Shown here: in pieces, positions 41,367 to 53,469 of the stretch
Position numbering within the stretch: the first letter of the stretch is position 1
How the letters are laid out: every line of letters starts with the position of its first letter
Source of the DNA: the human T2T-CHM13v2.0 reference genome, Homo sapiens
Length of the DNA: 64,000 nucleotides
Direction: 5' to 3' (one strand)
Assembly (NCBI RefSeq): GCF_009914755.1
Contig: NC_060944.1
The notes under the pieces: generated by a model
Told to the model about the DNA's origin: nothing
The model's database searches: none
What the model saw: only the letters and a program-made list of their open reading frames with translations
Made by a program: the position numbers and the translations under genes

Positions 41367-42374
41367 TATACTTGCTGGGTTTTTAAGTGAATGTAGCTGC
41401 CATATATCATTTACTTTCTTATACTGCCTTATAAGATCTGGTTTTGAATGTGCTTACACAGCTGTCTGTGGTCTGGTATAGGCTTGGATATTAAAGGAAA
41501 GTGTAGCACTACAAAAGTTCTCATTATGCCTACTATATGGAGAACATCTTCTATATACAAGATTTATCTTGACAAGTAAGCCTGATTTAAAATTCCTTCA
41601 AGACAAGCTTTGATATTGTATGATTCTTAATAAAAGGTAGTTTGGAGAGATTAAAATTATTTCCAATTTTGCATAAAGTTAGAGTTTTAGTATAACTGCA
41701 TGACTCAGTTTCTGCTAAAATGCAACCATGATAATATATTCACAATGATAGTAAAAAAAATTTATTCCCAGAGTTGCATAAAATAAATTAACCTGACAAT
41801 ATGAGTGAGTACATTTTTGGGTTTCAGTATGTTATCCCTTGGCATATAATATTAGATGGGGCAGAATATATTATTATATTTAAAAAATAATCTAATCATA
41901 TTTTAATGAATTTTAAATAAAACACTTGCACAATCCTTGAACTATCTGCTGAAAGGAACACAGTTTTAAATCCTCTATTTCATATGTAGTCTCTGCCTCA
42001 AGAGCATGAATTTCTTGAGAGTACAATCATTGTCTTATTATTGCACTGTAAACTCTTAGAAAGAAATGATTCTCAATATTTTCCTTAACTGAGGCTTAAT
42101 CAAATAATAATGATGTATTAACATCTGGCTAGTGGCAAGTTAAGTTTTGGTACTGAATGGTGATTTATGTTACGGTAAATTCTGTAAGATAGGCACCATA
42201 AGTAGCATCATTTATTATTTTATTTAATGACCACCATTGAGCCCATATTATGAAGCCAGGTGCTGTCTAGTGGATACAATAAGGAATACTGGATACTTTT
42301 CATAAGCATGTAACTTACAGTACAGAAATGGCAATACATATAATCGTTGAAGTCACGATTAACTCATACTTTGC

Positions 42375-43000
42375 CATTGGGCATGTAAAATGGTGAAGCC
42401 ACTTTGGAAACAGTTTGGCAGTTTCTTAAAATGTTAGACATTTTAAGACAGTGTCAACCCAAGAGAAATAAAAACATATCCACATAAAGACTTATTTGAG
42501 AATATCAGTTAACAGTACTATTCATAATAGTTAAAAGGTAGAAACAATCTAAATATCCATCAACTGGTGAATGGATAAGCAAAATGTGGTATAATCCATA
42601 CAATGAAACAGCATTCAGCAATAAAGAGGAACAAAGTACTGATACCATCACAGCACAAATGAGCCTCCAGAACATTATCCCAAGTGAAAGAAGACAGACA
42701 CAAAAACCCCACATGCCACATGATCCCTCTGATATGAAATGTCCCCCTCAAAATGGCAACTCAGGGAGATAGAAGGTAGATTAGCAGGTGCATGGGGAAG
42801 GGGATGGGGATGGGAACAGGGAGTGACTGCAAATGAGCATGAGGTTTCTTCTGAGGGTGATGAAAATGTTTTAAAATTAGAATGGGGTGATAGTTGCACA
42901 GTCCTGTAAAGTTATTAATTATCATTGAATTGCTCACTCAAATGGATATATTTTATGGTTTGTAAGCTATATCTCCATCATGCTATACTGCTTTTAAAAA
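42375..43000 (+). mobile_element. L1MB 3' region
   Basis: TGTAAAATGGTGAAGCCACTTTGGAAACAGTTTGGCAGTTTCTTA; GGTGATGAAAATGTTTTAAAATTAG. Confidence 0.85.
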
Positions 43001-43099
43001 TCATCATTAAGAAGATGTGGTATATTTTGGAGTGAGAGAACACATCCTGGGATAAGTAGCCTGAGTTACATCTAAAGGATGACAAGAGATACTATGAGA

Positions 43100-43788
43100 A
43101 ATTGCTGTGGTGATAGTAGGATAAGAAAAGGTTGCAGAGAGGTTTGAATCAGCATGATGTGTGCTGTGTGCATTTGATATTTGAGTGTAGAATCTACATT
43201 AATGTGTGATGCAATGGAGTTCACAGCAGTAAGAGTGAGGATAGGGGTGGAGAAAGTGCCTAGACTATGGAGGGCCTGTGTGTCGTATTCCAAAGGAGAG
43301 TTTCTGTTCTATAGTTGATGAAGATATTTTAACAATTGTAAGCCCGATCATCACCTAGTTGGCTTTTCATTTCAAACTAATCACAAGGGTGGCTGATCGT
43401 TTATGTGGGGATGGCCAAGGAAAGGAGAGAAGAAAACTGTATCACAAGGGCCCTGCTGGAGGCAGGGCGACCAATTATGACATTGGTGAAATATTTAAGA
43501 TGAGATGTAATGATGATTGCCACTAGGAAAGTTGTCAGAGGAATGGAAAACAAACACTTTTTCGGTAAAATAGGTAGCGTTGGTGATTGGTTAGACATGG
43601 GGAATAAAGGTGAGCTAGGAATCATGGGTAAATTTCAAAACTTCGACTTCTGTGGTGATATGTGATGATTCCAACAACTGAGAGAATCTGGGAAAACGTA
43701 TTCTAAGAAGAAAGATGTGTATGGGTCATCCTGGTGGCAATGTTTTAGCAGACCACTGGAAATAGTGTAAGAAATTACAGATAGGAGC
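43100..43788 (-). mobile_element. L2 fragment (continues 44418-44490)
   Basis: GGAGGCAGGGCGACCAATTA; TTGGTGATTGGTTAGACATGGGG; GGTAATTGAAATCATAGGAATGGATGA. Confidence 0.65.
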
Positions 43789-44082
43789 TTTTTTTGTTTT
43801 TTTGATGGAGTCTCACTCTATCACTCAGGCTGGAATACAATGGCATGATGTCCACTCAGGGCAACCTCCACCTCCCAGGTTCAAGCAATTCTCCTGCCTC
43901 AGCTTCCTGAGTAGCTGGGATTACAGGCACCTGACATCCTGCCCGGCTAATTTTTGTATTTTTGAAGAGACAGGGTTTCACCGTGTTGGCCAGGCTGGTC
44001 TCAAACTCCTGACCTCAGGTGATCTGCCCGTCTTGGCCTACCGAAGTGCTGGGATTAAAGGCGTGAACCACCACACCCTGCC
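43789..44082 (-). mobile_element. AluS (Sx-like)
   Basis: Reverse Alu with GACCTCAGGTGATC; flanked by AGGAGC. Confidence 0.95.
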
Positions 44083-44093
44083 AGGAGCCTATA

Positions 44094-44417
44094 TTTTATT
44101 TTATTTTATTATATTTTATTTTTTGTTTTTATTTTTGAGACGGAATCTCGCTCTGTCACCCAGGCTAGAGTGCAGTGGCGCGATCTCGGCTCACTGCAAG
44201 CTCCACCTCCTGGGTTCACGCCATTCTCCTGCCTCAGCCCCCTGAGTAGCTGAGACTACAGGCAGCCGCCACCACGCCCGGCTAATTTTTTGTATTTTTA
44301 GTAGAGACAGGGTTTCACCGTGTTAGCCAGGATGGTCTCGATCTCCTAACCTTGTGATCCACCTGCCTTGGCCTCCCAAAGTGCTGGGATTACAGGCGTG
44401 AGCCACCACACCCGGCC
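44094..44417 (-). mobile_element. AluY
   Basis: TGCAAGCTCC, GGTTCACGCCATTC, GTTAGCCAGGATGGTCTCGATC; TSD CAGGAGCCT(A/G)TATTTT. Confidence 0.95.
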
Positions 44418-44513
44418 CAGGAGCCTGTATTTTAAAGTCATTATCCTGGTAATTGAAATCATAGGAATGGATGATTTAGCCATGGTAAACATGCATATTA
44501 AAAATAAATGTTC

Positions 44514-44835
44514 CGCCGGGCACGTTGGCTCACGCCTGTTATCCCAGCACTTTGAGAGGCCAAGACGGGCAGATCACAAGGTCAGGAGTTCGAAACCAGC
44601 CTGGTCAACATAGTGAAACCCTGTCTCTACTAAAAATACAAAAAAAATTAGCCAGGCATGGTGGCAGGTGCCTGTAATCCCAGCTAACTCAGGAGGCTGA
44701 GGCAGGAGAATTGCTTGAACCCGGGAGGCGGAGGTTGCCATGAGCGGAGATCACGCCATTGTACTTCAGCCTAGGTGACAGGGCGAGACTCCATCTCAAA
44801 ATAAATAAATAAATAAATAAAAATAAATAAATAAA
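44514..44835 (+). mobile_element. AluS, part of an inverted duplication
   Basis: Full-length Alu with (AAAT)n tail. Confidence 0.95.
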
Positions 44836-44836
44836 G

Positions 44837-44971
44837 GCTCCTATTTGGAATTTCTTACAATATTTCCAGTGGCCTGCTAAAGCATTGCCACCAGGATGGC
44901 CCATATACATCTTTCTTCCTAGAATAGGCTTTCCAGGATTCTCTATTTTAGTTGTTGGAATCATCACATAT
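44837..44971 (-). repeat. Inverted copy of 43658-43788
   Basis: Reverse complement aligns over ~130 bp at roughly 88-90% identity (manual alignment). Confidence 0.93.
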
Positions 44972-46939
44972 ATAATTATATGTCCTTATAATTACTAATG
45001 GAAGAGTAGGCAATACTGGGGCCACATTCTAACAGGTTAGCAATCAGCTAGGACTTCCCTCCTTAAATGAGATGTGATTTCTTGTTGCCAGAATCAGGCT
45101 ACATCCTGACAGCCCTGCATGCTTCCTGCCTACCCTCCATGAAACCTTGAGTTTGAGGCATCTAAAATAGACCAACACAATCACTCATATAATAGATATT
45201 GATCAAGTGTCTGCTAGGTGCAAGAATAGGAGCCTAATGAGGGCAAATGTGTAATCTGTTCTAGGTCCACATCCAGAGTAGTCCCTGGCCCAGGGCAGGC
45301 AGAGGGACACATATTTTGAATGAAAGAATGTGACGTCCTGAAGATATAAAGTTCTTATTGTGAAGCAGCTTAAATCAGCAATTCAGACCCACAAGCAATC
45401 ATAGGCCAAGGTGATGACAACTTTCAGAATGTCACACATGGGAAAAAAGACAAGAAAAGTTGAAAGTTGTGATGTCACCATTTAGTGGTTGGTGTCAAAA
45501 CCGATGCTCAAATCCTAGTCTATCAAGTCATTTTAGGGAAGAAAATAAAGTAAAACAAAACACAAACCATTCTGGGCAAATTAGTTGAAAGAGTTATACA
45601 CCAAGACATGTGGAAATAAGAAAATTCCAATTTATGTTGGCTAATGTATGAAACTACATTCCCCTAAACCAAAAATTAAAATTTAATGTTATTTAGCCAT
45701 AATTTCTTACCACCCATAATTTATCATTTGCAGTTATTACTGAATTAGTCAGCAGATACATATAAAGACCATTTTTAAATGTAATCTTCAACTATTTCTC
45801 TTAAGCATGATATCTGAGCATACTTTTACCCAACAAGTTCCATGCCACAGGAAAGGAATTAGTTGCTTATATAATAATTATTGCATTTACAAGACAATTT
45901 CAAGCTAAATCTGGTATTATTTTCTTTTAGTGTGCAGAAATAGTGTAATTTACTACTTATTAGATATAGCTGTTATAGGAGGTACATGAATATCTTGGGA
46001 TAAAAAATTTCAAAATATAACCATTCAGCATCTTTATTAAGGAGATTCAGATGTTCAAAGCTCACTGCATTCATGCCAACACCTGTCTAATCCAACAAGC
46101 AAGTCTGGTGGTAGTGGCATGAGCTTAAATTTGACTACCCTACTGTGGGATTCTGGGGACTTTCTTACTTGACTTATTCTCAGTGATGTAGAACTTGGTT
46201 GAGATAAACTACCTTTGGGACTAAGACTGAAAACAGATGTGACATCTTATCTTTTTAGTTTTTAGGGGTCTACTATTTGCCAGGGTTGGTAAAGATGGCG
46301 TTGGTAAATTTAGACTATTTCTCTCAAATTTAAATTGCAAATCTGGTCAGTAATTCATACAGGAAAAATTCCCAGAGTCTTAGGATGTAGTCTGGGACAG
46401 CTGGATGTAGAAATGTCAGCAGCTGTTCCTAATGTGTGAACTTCACACAGCGTAAGTCAGAACAGAATCCAAGATAATCCGTTCAGGTGAAAGCTAAATT
46501 ATTGGCATAAAATATGTAATATAAAGTCACAGATAGAAATTCTCCAGAATGATTGGCAGCTTGACTCCATTCTTTTAAAGCATTTTCTTCTTTTTTTAAT
46601 CTGAGAAATGATCTTTTCTTTTAGGACAACAAAGGTAATCATACCATTACTGGAATGCTGAAGCACACACCCAGTAAATGCTTGAGTCATCGATCTATAG
46701 GCAAAACCTTGGATAGCATGTCTCAGACCCAGTGTTCCTAAAGTTTCTAGGGTCCAAGAAATCCACTTTCTAAATGGTGGAAGAATAGCAAGCGCAGGGA
46801 AGCACACGTACTCGTCCTTGCCCCGGGCAGGCATCACTAATCAACTGGACACTCTGCTCCTGAGTCTAGATAAGGTCTACCTCTCAACCCCATTCTTCAG
46901 ATAGCACATGCCTTAGCTCCAGTGATGAAGCTTACTTAC

Positions 46940-47043
46940 CATAACTGGTAGAAGAACCTGCTCAAGGGAGCCAGTCTACTTTCCCCAAAAGATCAGGCTA
47001 GAATGCGTGTCAGGGCTGCAATCGAATCACAAAATGATGTGTA
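46940..47043 (-). other. Candidate 104-nt non-coding exon
   Basis: Acceptor TTCTCTGTCTACCCTCGGTTGTTTCAG|; donor ATG|GTAAGT; stops in all three frames. Confidence 0.4.
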
Positions 47044-47915
47044 CTGAAACAACCGAGGGTAGACAGAGAATCCTCCCAAATTCTGCTGAGGGTAGGGCCT
47101 CCCGATCAAAAGGATAAAGACATTTTCTTGTAACTCAGATTGTCTGAACAATGGTGACTGCACTGTCAGAAAAATGGCTCACTTTACAAGAGTAGATTTT
47201 TTTTAAATTAAATTGTCCTATTGACTTACATTACTTGGAAAGATATCTGTTTCCTATTCATGTTGAATTGTATGAACACAGCCGACTCTCACTTATGATT
47301 TCAATAAAGAGTGTCTTTATGTGTTCTGAGAATCTAAGAATATGTCATTCCTCATGAAACCCCATTACCTATGGGGAGAATGTGTTGTATTCTGGAGAGA
47401 ATGTTCCATCACTGGCTGGTCCTAGAGCAAATGTTATTTCAGATTATTTACAGACAAGGTTACATTTTGTTCCTTCTGTCATTCACCAGTGAGCTTGTGA
47501 CTCTCTAAGCTATGTGCCCTTTGTCACCACATTCATTTGTTTTTCTTGAATTTTAACATTACCCATTTATATTTGGGTTTCTGTTTTAATATGACCAAGT
47601 AATCCTGGATCCTGTCAAATTCTCCTCTGCATGTCTGCTGTAGCCATTATGAGTCTTTCATTGCTGTGTTATAACCTTATAGCTATCCATCAGTAGCATA
47701 AGACATTTTGTCTATTATGACCTGATGCTCTTCAAAGGTTTTCTTCATATTTCTTTATCTTTGGGGAAGTATAGTCTAGAAAATAGCCAAGGGCGTACAT
47801 GAATAAGTTATGTTGTTAAAACCTTAGTGGAATACCATCAATGTAACCTTAGGCTCCCATCAGTGTTCAGAGAAATCTTGTATCTTAAATGTGCTTTCTG
47901 TAACATTTCCCTCCC

Positions 47916-48403
47916 AATATTCTATGATTTATAAATAAGTAAACATTGTTTCATATAATAATAATTCATTTATTTAATTGAGTAAATTTTATTCCATCTA
48001 AAATGTCATGTACCTTAAATAAATGTGAAAGAAAATTTAAATACTATAGGCAGAGAGGCTAATGTGGCATTACTTAAAATGTGATAATTAATCCTGATAC
48101 TGCTTTTCTCCTTTTACATTGGCTAAAGCTGATTTGGAGATCTGGGTTGCAAGGTTCTATGCAAAATATTCTATGATTTACAAATAAGTAAACCTTGTTT
48201 CCTATGACAATAATCCATTTATTTGAGTAAATTTTATTCCATCTAAAATGTCATGTACCTTAAATAAATGTGGAAGGAAAAAGAAAATACTACAGACAGA
48301 GAGACTAATGTGGCATTACCTAAAATGTTATAATTATTCCTGATATTTCTTTTCCCCTTTTACATCGGCTAAAGCTGATTTGGAGATCTGAGGTTACAAG
48401 GTT
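47916..48403. repeat. Tandem duplication, 2 x ~240 bp (47916-48156, 48165-48403)
   Basis: Shared blocks TTGAGTAAATTTTATTCCATCTAAAATGTCATGTACCTTAAATAAATGTG and GGCTAAAGCTGATTTGGAGATCTG. Confidence 0.95.
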
Positions 48404-48598
48404 ATCATTTGATGGAAACCTTTTACTCTTTTTCTCTCTTGCTGACAAATCCCAGATTAGAGCCTTGTAAATTCATTCCCAAGTGCTCTCTTCTATCAGA
48501 CTACCAAAATTTAGAGAGAAATTCCTTTTAATAAACACTGTGTACATATCCCAGGAAAAAAATCTTATCAAGGTAAACAGGATAAAAACAAATCTTAC

Positions 48599-48613
48599 CT
48601 TCTGATAGATTTT
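48599..48613 (-). other. Candidate 15-nt microexon, or the 3' end of a longer exon
   Basis: TTTTACTTTTTCTTTTTCTTTCGCCTCTCAAG|AAAATCTATCAGAAG|GTAAGA. Confidence 0.3.
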
Positions 48614-48728
48614 CTTGAGAGGCGAAAGAAAAAGAAAAAGTAAAATTCAATGGGTGGTGGAAGGTCCTGAGCAGAGATGGTAGTGGGGGTAGGGTAGTGG
48701 GGTGCAAAGACTCAGCAGTATTGCAGAT

Positions 48729-48891
48729 CAGTCGTTCTTGAACTTTATCACATGTTAAAATTATCTAAAGAGCTATAAAAATTTCAGTGCCTTTCTCAAT
48801 GAAATCAGAATATTTAAGAGTTGGATCTAGACACAGACATTTTTCAGTGTCCCCACTGATTCCAAAGAGTGCCTAAGTTTGAGAGCTAGTG
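48729..48891. mobile_element. MER5A/B
   Basis: CAGTCGTTCTTGAACTTT...AAATCAGAAT...TGATTC...AAGTTTGAGAGCTAGTG. Confidence 0.7.
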
Positions 48892-49109
48892 TTGTAGTCT
48901 GCATGCAATTTTTACTATTCAAAGGATTATTATAGTAGTAAGTTTCATTATGGCCTTGACAGACCCAGACCCTGTTGGTTTGTTAATCAAACATCGTTCT
49001 CAGCTCCTTCTCCCCCATGCGCATCCATTTTAGACGCATATGTGTTCTCCTCATTTTCGTAGCTGGTAGTGAGTTTTGAATTGTTTATGGCACAGAATGT
49101 GTATGAGGT

Positions 49110-49780
49110 ATGAGCATGGATTGAGCGAAAGCAGCTCAGATGGTTGCAGGGCTCTGACAGTAATTCCGTGTACCAGATCATGGTGCTTGGGTCGAGGAAA
49201 TTGCAATGGAGTTGGGGAGAAGGGATATACTTGAGCGATATGTAGGAGTTTGCCTTGACAGGAATTGATGACTGTAAATCGAGGTGGAGACATAAAGAAG
49301 TTGTCAAGAATGACTCGGTTTCTGACTTTAGCAACCCAACAGATGAAGGTATTGTTTGCTGAGATCTGAAATGTTGAAGTAGATTTAGTTTGGAAGATGA
49401 TTTTATGTTTGGATGCATAAACTCTGAGGTGCCTGTGAGACACTTAACGAGATTGTCAAATAAGCAGTCAGCTTTCAGTTCTAGAGAGCTTTGGTCTGGA
49501 GATGGAGACTTGGGAGTCATCAGTCATGGCAGTAATTGAGATAACCAAAGAAGACATGTGAAGTTAGAGGGGAAACAGCCCATGATAGAGCCCTGAAGAT
49601 GGGAAGAGGAACAGAAGCTAGCAAAGTCCATGAGGCCACTAGGTAGAAACCAAGGAATTCACTGGCCTAGAAGCAAAAAGAAAAGCGTGTTTCAAGAAGG
49701 GTAGAAAGCGATCAGTGAGGTCAAGTGGAATAGAAACTATAACAGACCAATGAATTTACTGGTTTGGAAGACTTCCATAA
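49110..49780 (-). mobile_element. L2 fragment
   Basis: GAGGTGCCTGTGAGACAC; CTGGAGATGGAGACTTGGGAGTCATCAG. Confidence 0.8.
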
Positions 49781-51139
49781 GGTCAGGTGAGTGGGAGATG
49801 ATTACATATCATTCTGATATGCTTATAAATGCACATGTAACATAAAGAACTGTATGGATATTAGCTATTTCTCCTATTAAATTATAAACTCATTGGGGAG
49901 GACACATTTATTTATTTTATATCAATAACACCTACAGCTCTATTACCTCAAACTTATGATTAAGAAATATTTGGTGGCTTGGTGAATGAATGCATAGTAT
50001 AATACGTTATAACTGTGGAGAAGACTGAAGATTTTTCAGATTTTTTTAAAAAATTATGTTGCTAGTTTTGAGATTCCTGAGTTTAATCCATCCCTTTAAA
50101 CTTCCAATTGGAGAAAATTTATTCTAGGTTTTGAGATTTTTCTGATTTCATAATTACAGTCCCTAGAATTTGGAAATGTGTAATTCCAAATAGGTGTACA
50201 TTTGAAAATATCAGCTCCTGTTCCACGGACCCCCAACTAGAAATTATAACTTTTACTTTATGTACTATCAGTTTACAAACTGATAAGTCTACTTCAGTGT
50301 CTTTGGCTTTAATAGAGACACATTCTGTGTTATCAGCGATTTCCTTCAGCTTTCTATTCTTTTTCTTATGTAAGTGTTGTTATTGGAATAGAGAGTATAA
50401 AAATTTTATCCATTCTACAAGTATAAAGCCATATATTTAGTAATTTTACTATTTCAGGAAATTTTATATTCCTAGTTTATACAAATTAGAAATAATAAAA
50501 TAATTAAGTATAATATTTTATTATATTATACAAATAATAAATATTATAAATTCAGTAGAAACTAACAACACAGAAAGAATAAATTGTGACATTTTCTCCT
50601 TTGTATTTTGGTATAGATGCCGTTAGTTACTTTAAAAAAGTTTGTGTAATAGAAATTATGTTATGATTTCAATGTGTTTTCTAAATTAACTTATTTTTTC
50701 TTGGTCAATATATTGAAGGCATTTTATTAAGACAAGTGATCTTCTATGATACACACACACAGGCATACACACATACACATACACACACAATTTCATTGTC
50801 TGGATGAATCAAAATTCATTTACAGAGCCTCCTGTGGTTAGACATTTAAATCATTTCTAATTCTTCAATAATATAATCAATACTTCAAGGCATGTCTTTG
50901 AAGCTAAATTATTGTGTACAGCTATGATTTTTACCTCAGAATACATTTTTGATATTCAAACTGCTGGAATAAAATATAGACATACCTAAATTATTGATAA
51001 GTAATGTGAAATTGCCAATCATTAAAAAATTTGCACAGGTAATATGTACTGAGTATAGAAAAATATGGTAAAAGAAGAAAATAAGAAAAATCACTTTTAA
51101 TATTACAGACCCCAGATCACATTTTTTGGATGATAACTT

Positions 51140-51308
51140 TTGGGTGGTGATGTCTGAATGTTGCCATGGCAACAGTAAACTGACATGACACTGGGGTGTG
51201 TGTCTCATGGAGAGATGCTTTTCCCTCTTTCCTGTTTCACTCAGTCTTCAATCTGGTCTGAAGAGTCTGAGCCCCACCTCTAGAGTCAAGTGCTGCCTCC
51301 TACCTTAG
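51140..51308 (-). mobile_element. ERV1 LTR 5' fragment (MER83/MER50-like)
   Basis: Reverse strand AGGTAGGAGGCAGCACTTGACTCTAGAGGTGGGGCTCAGAC...TGTCAGTTTACTGTTGCCATGGCAAC. Confidence 0.65.
51159..51174. promoter_or_regulatory. Perfect palindromic RFX X-box
   Basis: TGTTGCCATGGCAACA contains the RFX consensus GTTGCCATGGCAAC. Confidence 0.6.
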
Positions 51309-51589
51309 TATTTTTGGTACAATTGGTAGGAATATGCTAATATTTAACTTATAATTATATTCTACTTTGGTCATACATTTTGAAGTGAGATTGGGCTATA
51401 GTTGGTGTGTCTGTATGTGTGCATACATATGTGCACACTACTTCACTATTTCACTATTTAGATTTTGGCAATCTAGAAATACTAGGTCTTTCTAGTTGAA
51501 TCGAAATAAAATTCTATTTTTTTGTCAGGGTATAGAAAATAGTAATAACCTGGAAAGTACCTTTTCTTGGAAAGTCTAAATGAACAGCT

Positions 51590-51990
51590 ACTGCTACCAC
51601 CCTTGTCCAAGCACCATCATTATCTCTTGCCTGGATTTAGCTGTTCTCCTAGCTTCCATCCCTGGTCCCCTGTGATATATTCTCCAGCGGGCAGTCAGCA
51701 TGGGACCTGCAGCATGTGTTAGATCACACGCCTCTTCTGAGGACCCACCAAAGTTTCTTATCCCTCTCTAAAAGCTGCACTGCTGCTCATTTACTCCTTA
51801 TCTGGTCTTCCCTCATCTCACTCACTTTCTGCTACCTCTCCTGGTTCCCTTTGTGGTTTCTGTTCTATGTCAAGCACCCTCTCACCACAGGGACTTTGTA
51901 CCAAATCTTCTCTATCCTGGAACTCATCCCAGATCGCCATCAGCTATCCTTCAGGGATATCTTACCTGAAAAGCATCACACTATATAAAG
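51590..51990 (+). mobile_element. L2 fragment
   Basis: CTGCTACCACCCTTGTCCAAGCACCATCATTATCTCTTGCCTGGA. Confidence 0.7.
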
Positions 51991-52019
51991 GAGAACTTCT
52001 CATCTTTCTTAAGTTAATG

Positions 52020-52531
<512 letters not shown>

Positions 52532-52832
52532 AACAACAGGATGATGTATTCACTGCCACTCCTCTTCTCCTTCACTCTTACCTCCTCTCTGATTTGTTCC
52601 TAGGTAGCATTCACCTGACCATTTAGATCGATTTGGTTTTTGTCTCTCATATTTAAGTAGAGATTTGCTCAGGTCTGTATTCCTGGACCCTGGAGCTACA
52701 TCTGGCATTCACAAGTTTCCAAAAATATATTTCTTAAACTAAATGAATATTGAATAAAAGAACCAAAAAAATGAGTTGAGCCCAGAGATGAGTTTTAGCA
52801 GTAATCATCTGATACCTTTTAAAAGCTTTGAT

Positions 52833-53197
<365 letters not shown>

Positions 53198-53469
53198 CTA
53201 TTTCTATTTTCCTAGAAAGGCAGGCTCTGCACCCCAATTTTATACATGGAAAGCCACACTTTAGATATTATATCTATTATCTGAAAGCCTATCTCACTTA
53301 TCCATCTTAATATTCTTCATTTGTGATTTAACCTTTGTTTTTCTGAATTAGGCTAGAAGGCCTATTACAAACACTGAATTAATTCGTATAAAGAACGAGT
53401 TCCTAAATATAATAATTAACTCCAGTGTTTTCTCTGATTTCTATGTTTTTCTAAAATTCTACTTTTCCA

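Noticed and set aside
48987-49520. Longest ORF (177 aa)
   Set aside because: Mostly decayed L2 sequence with no evidence of coding constraint
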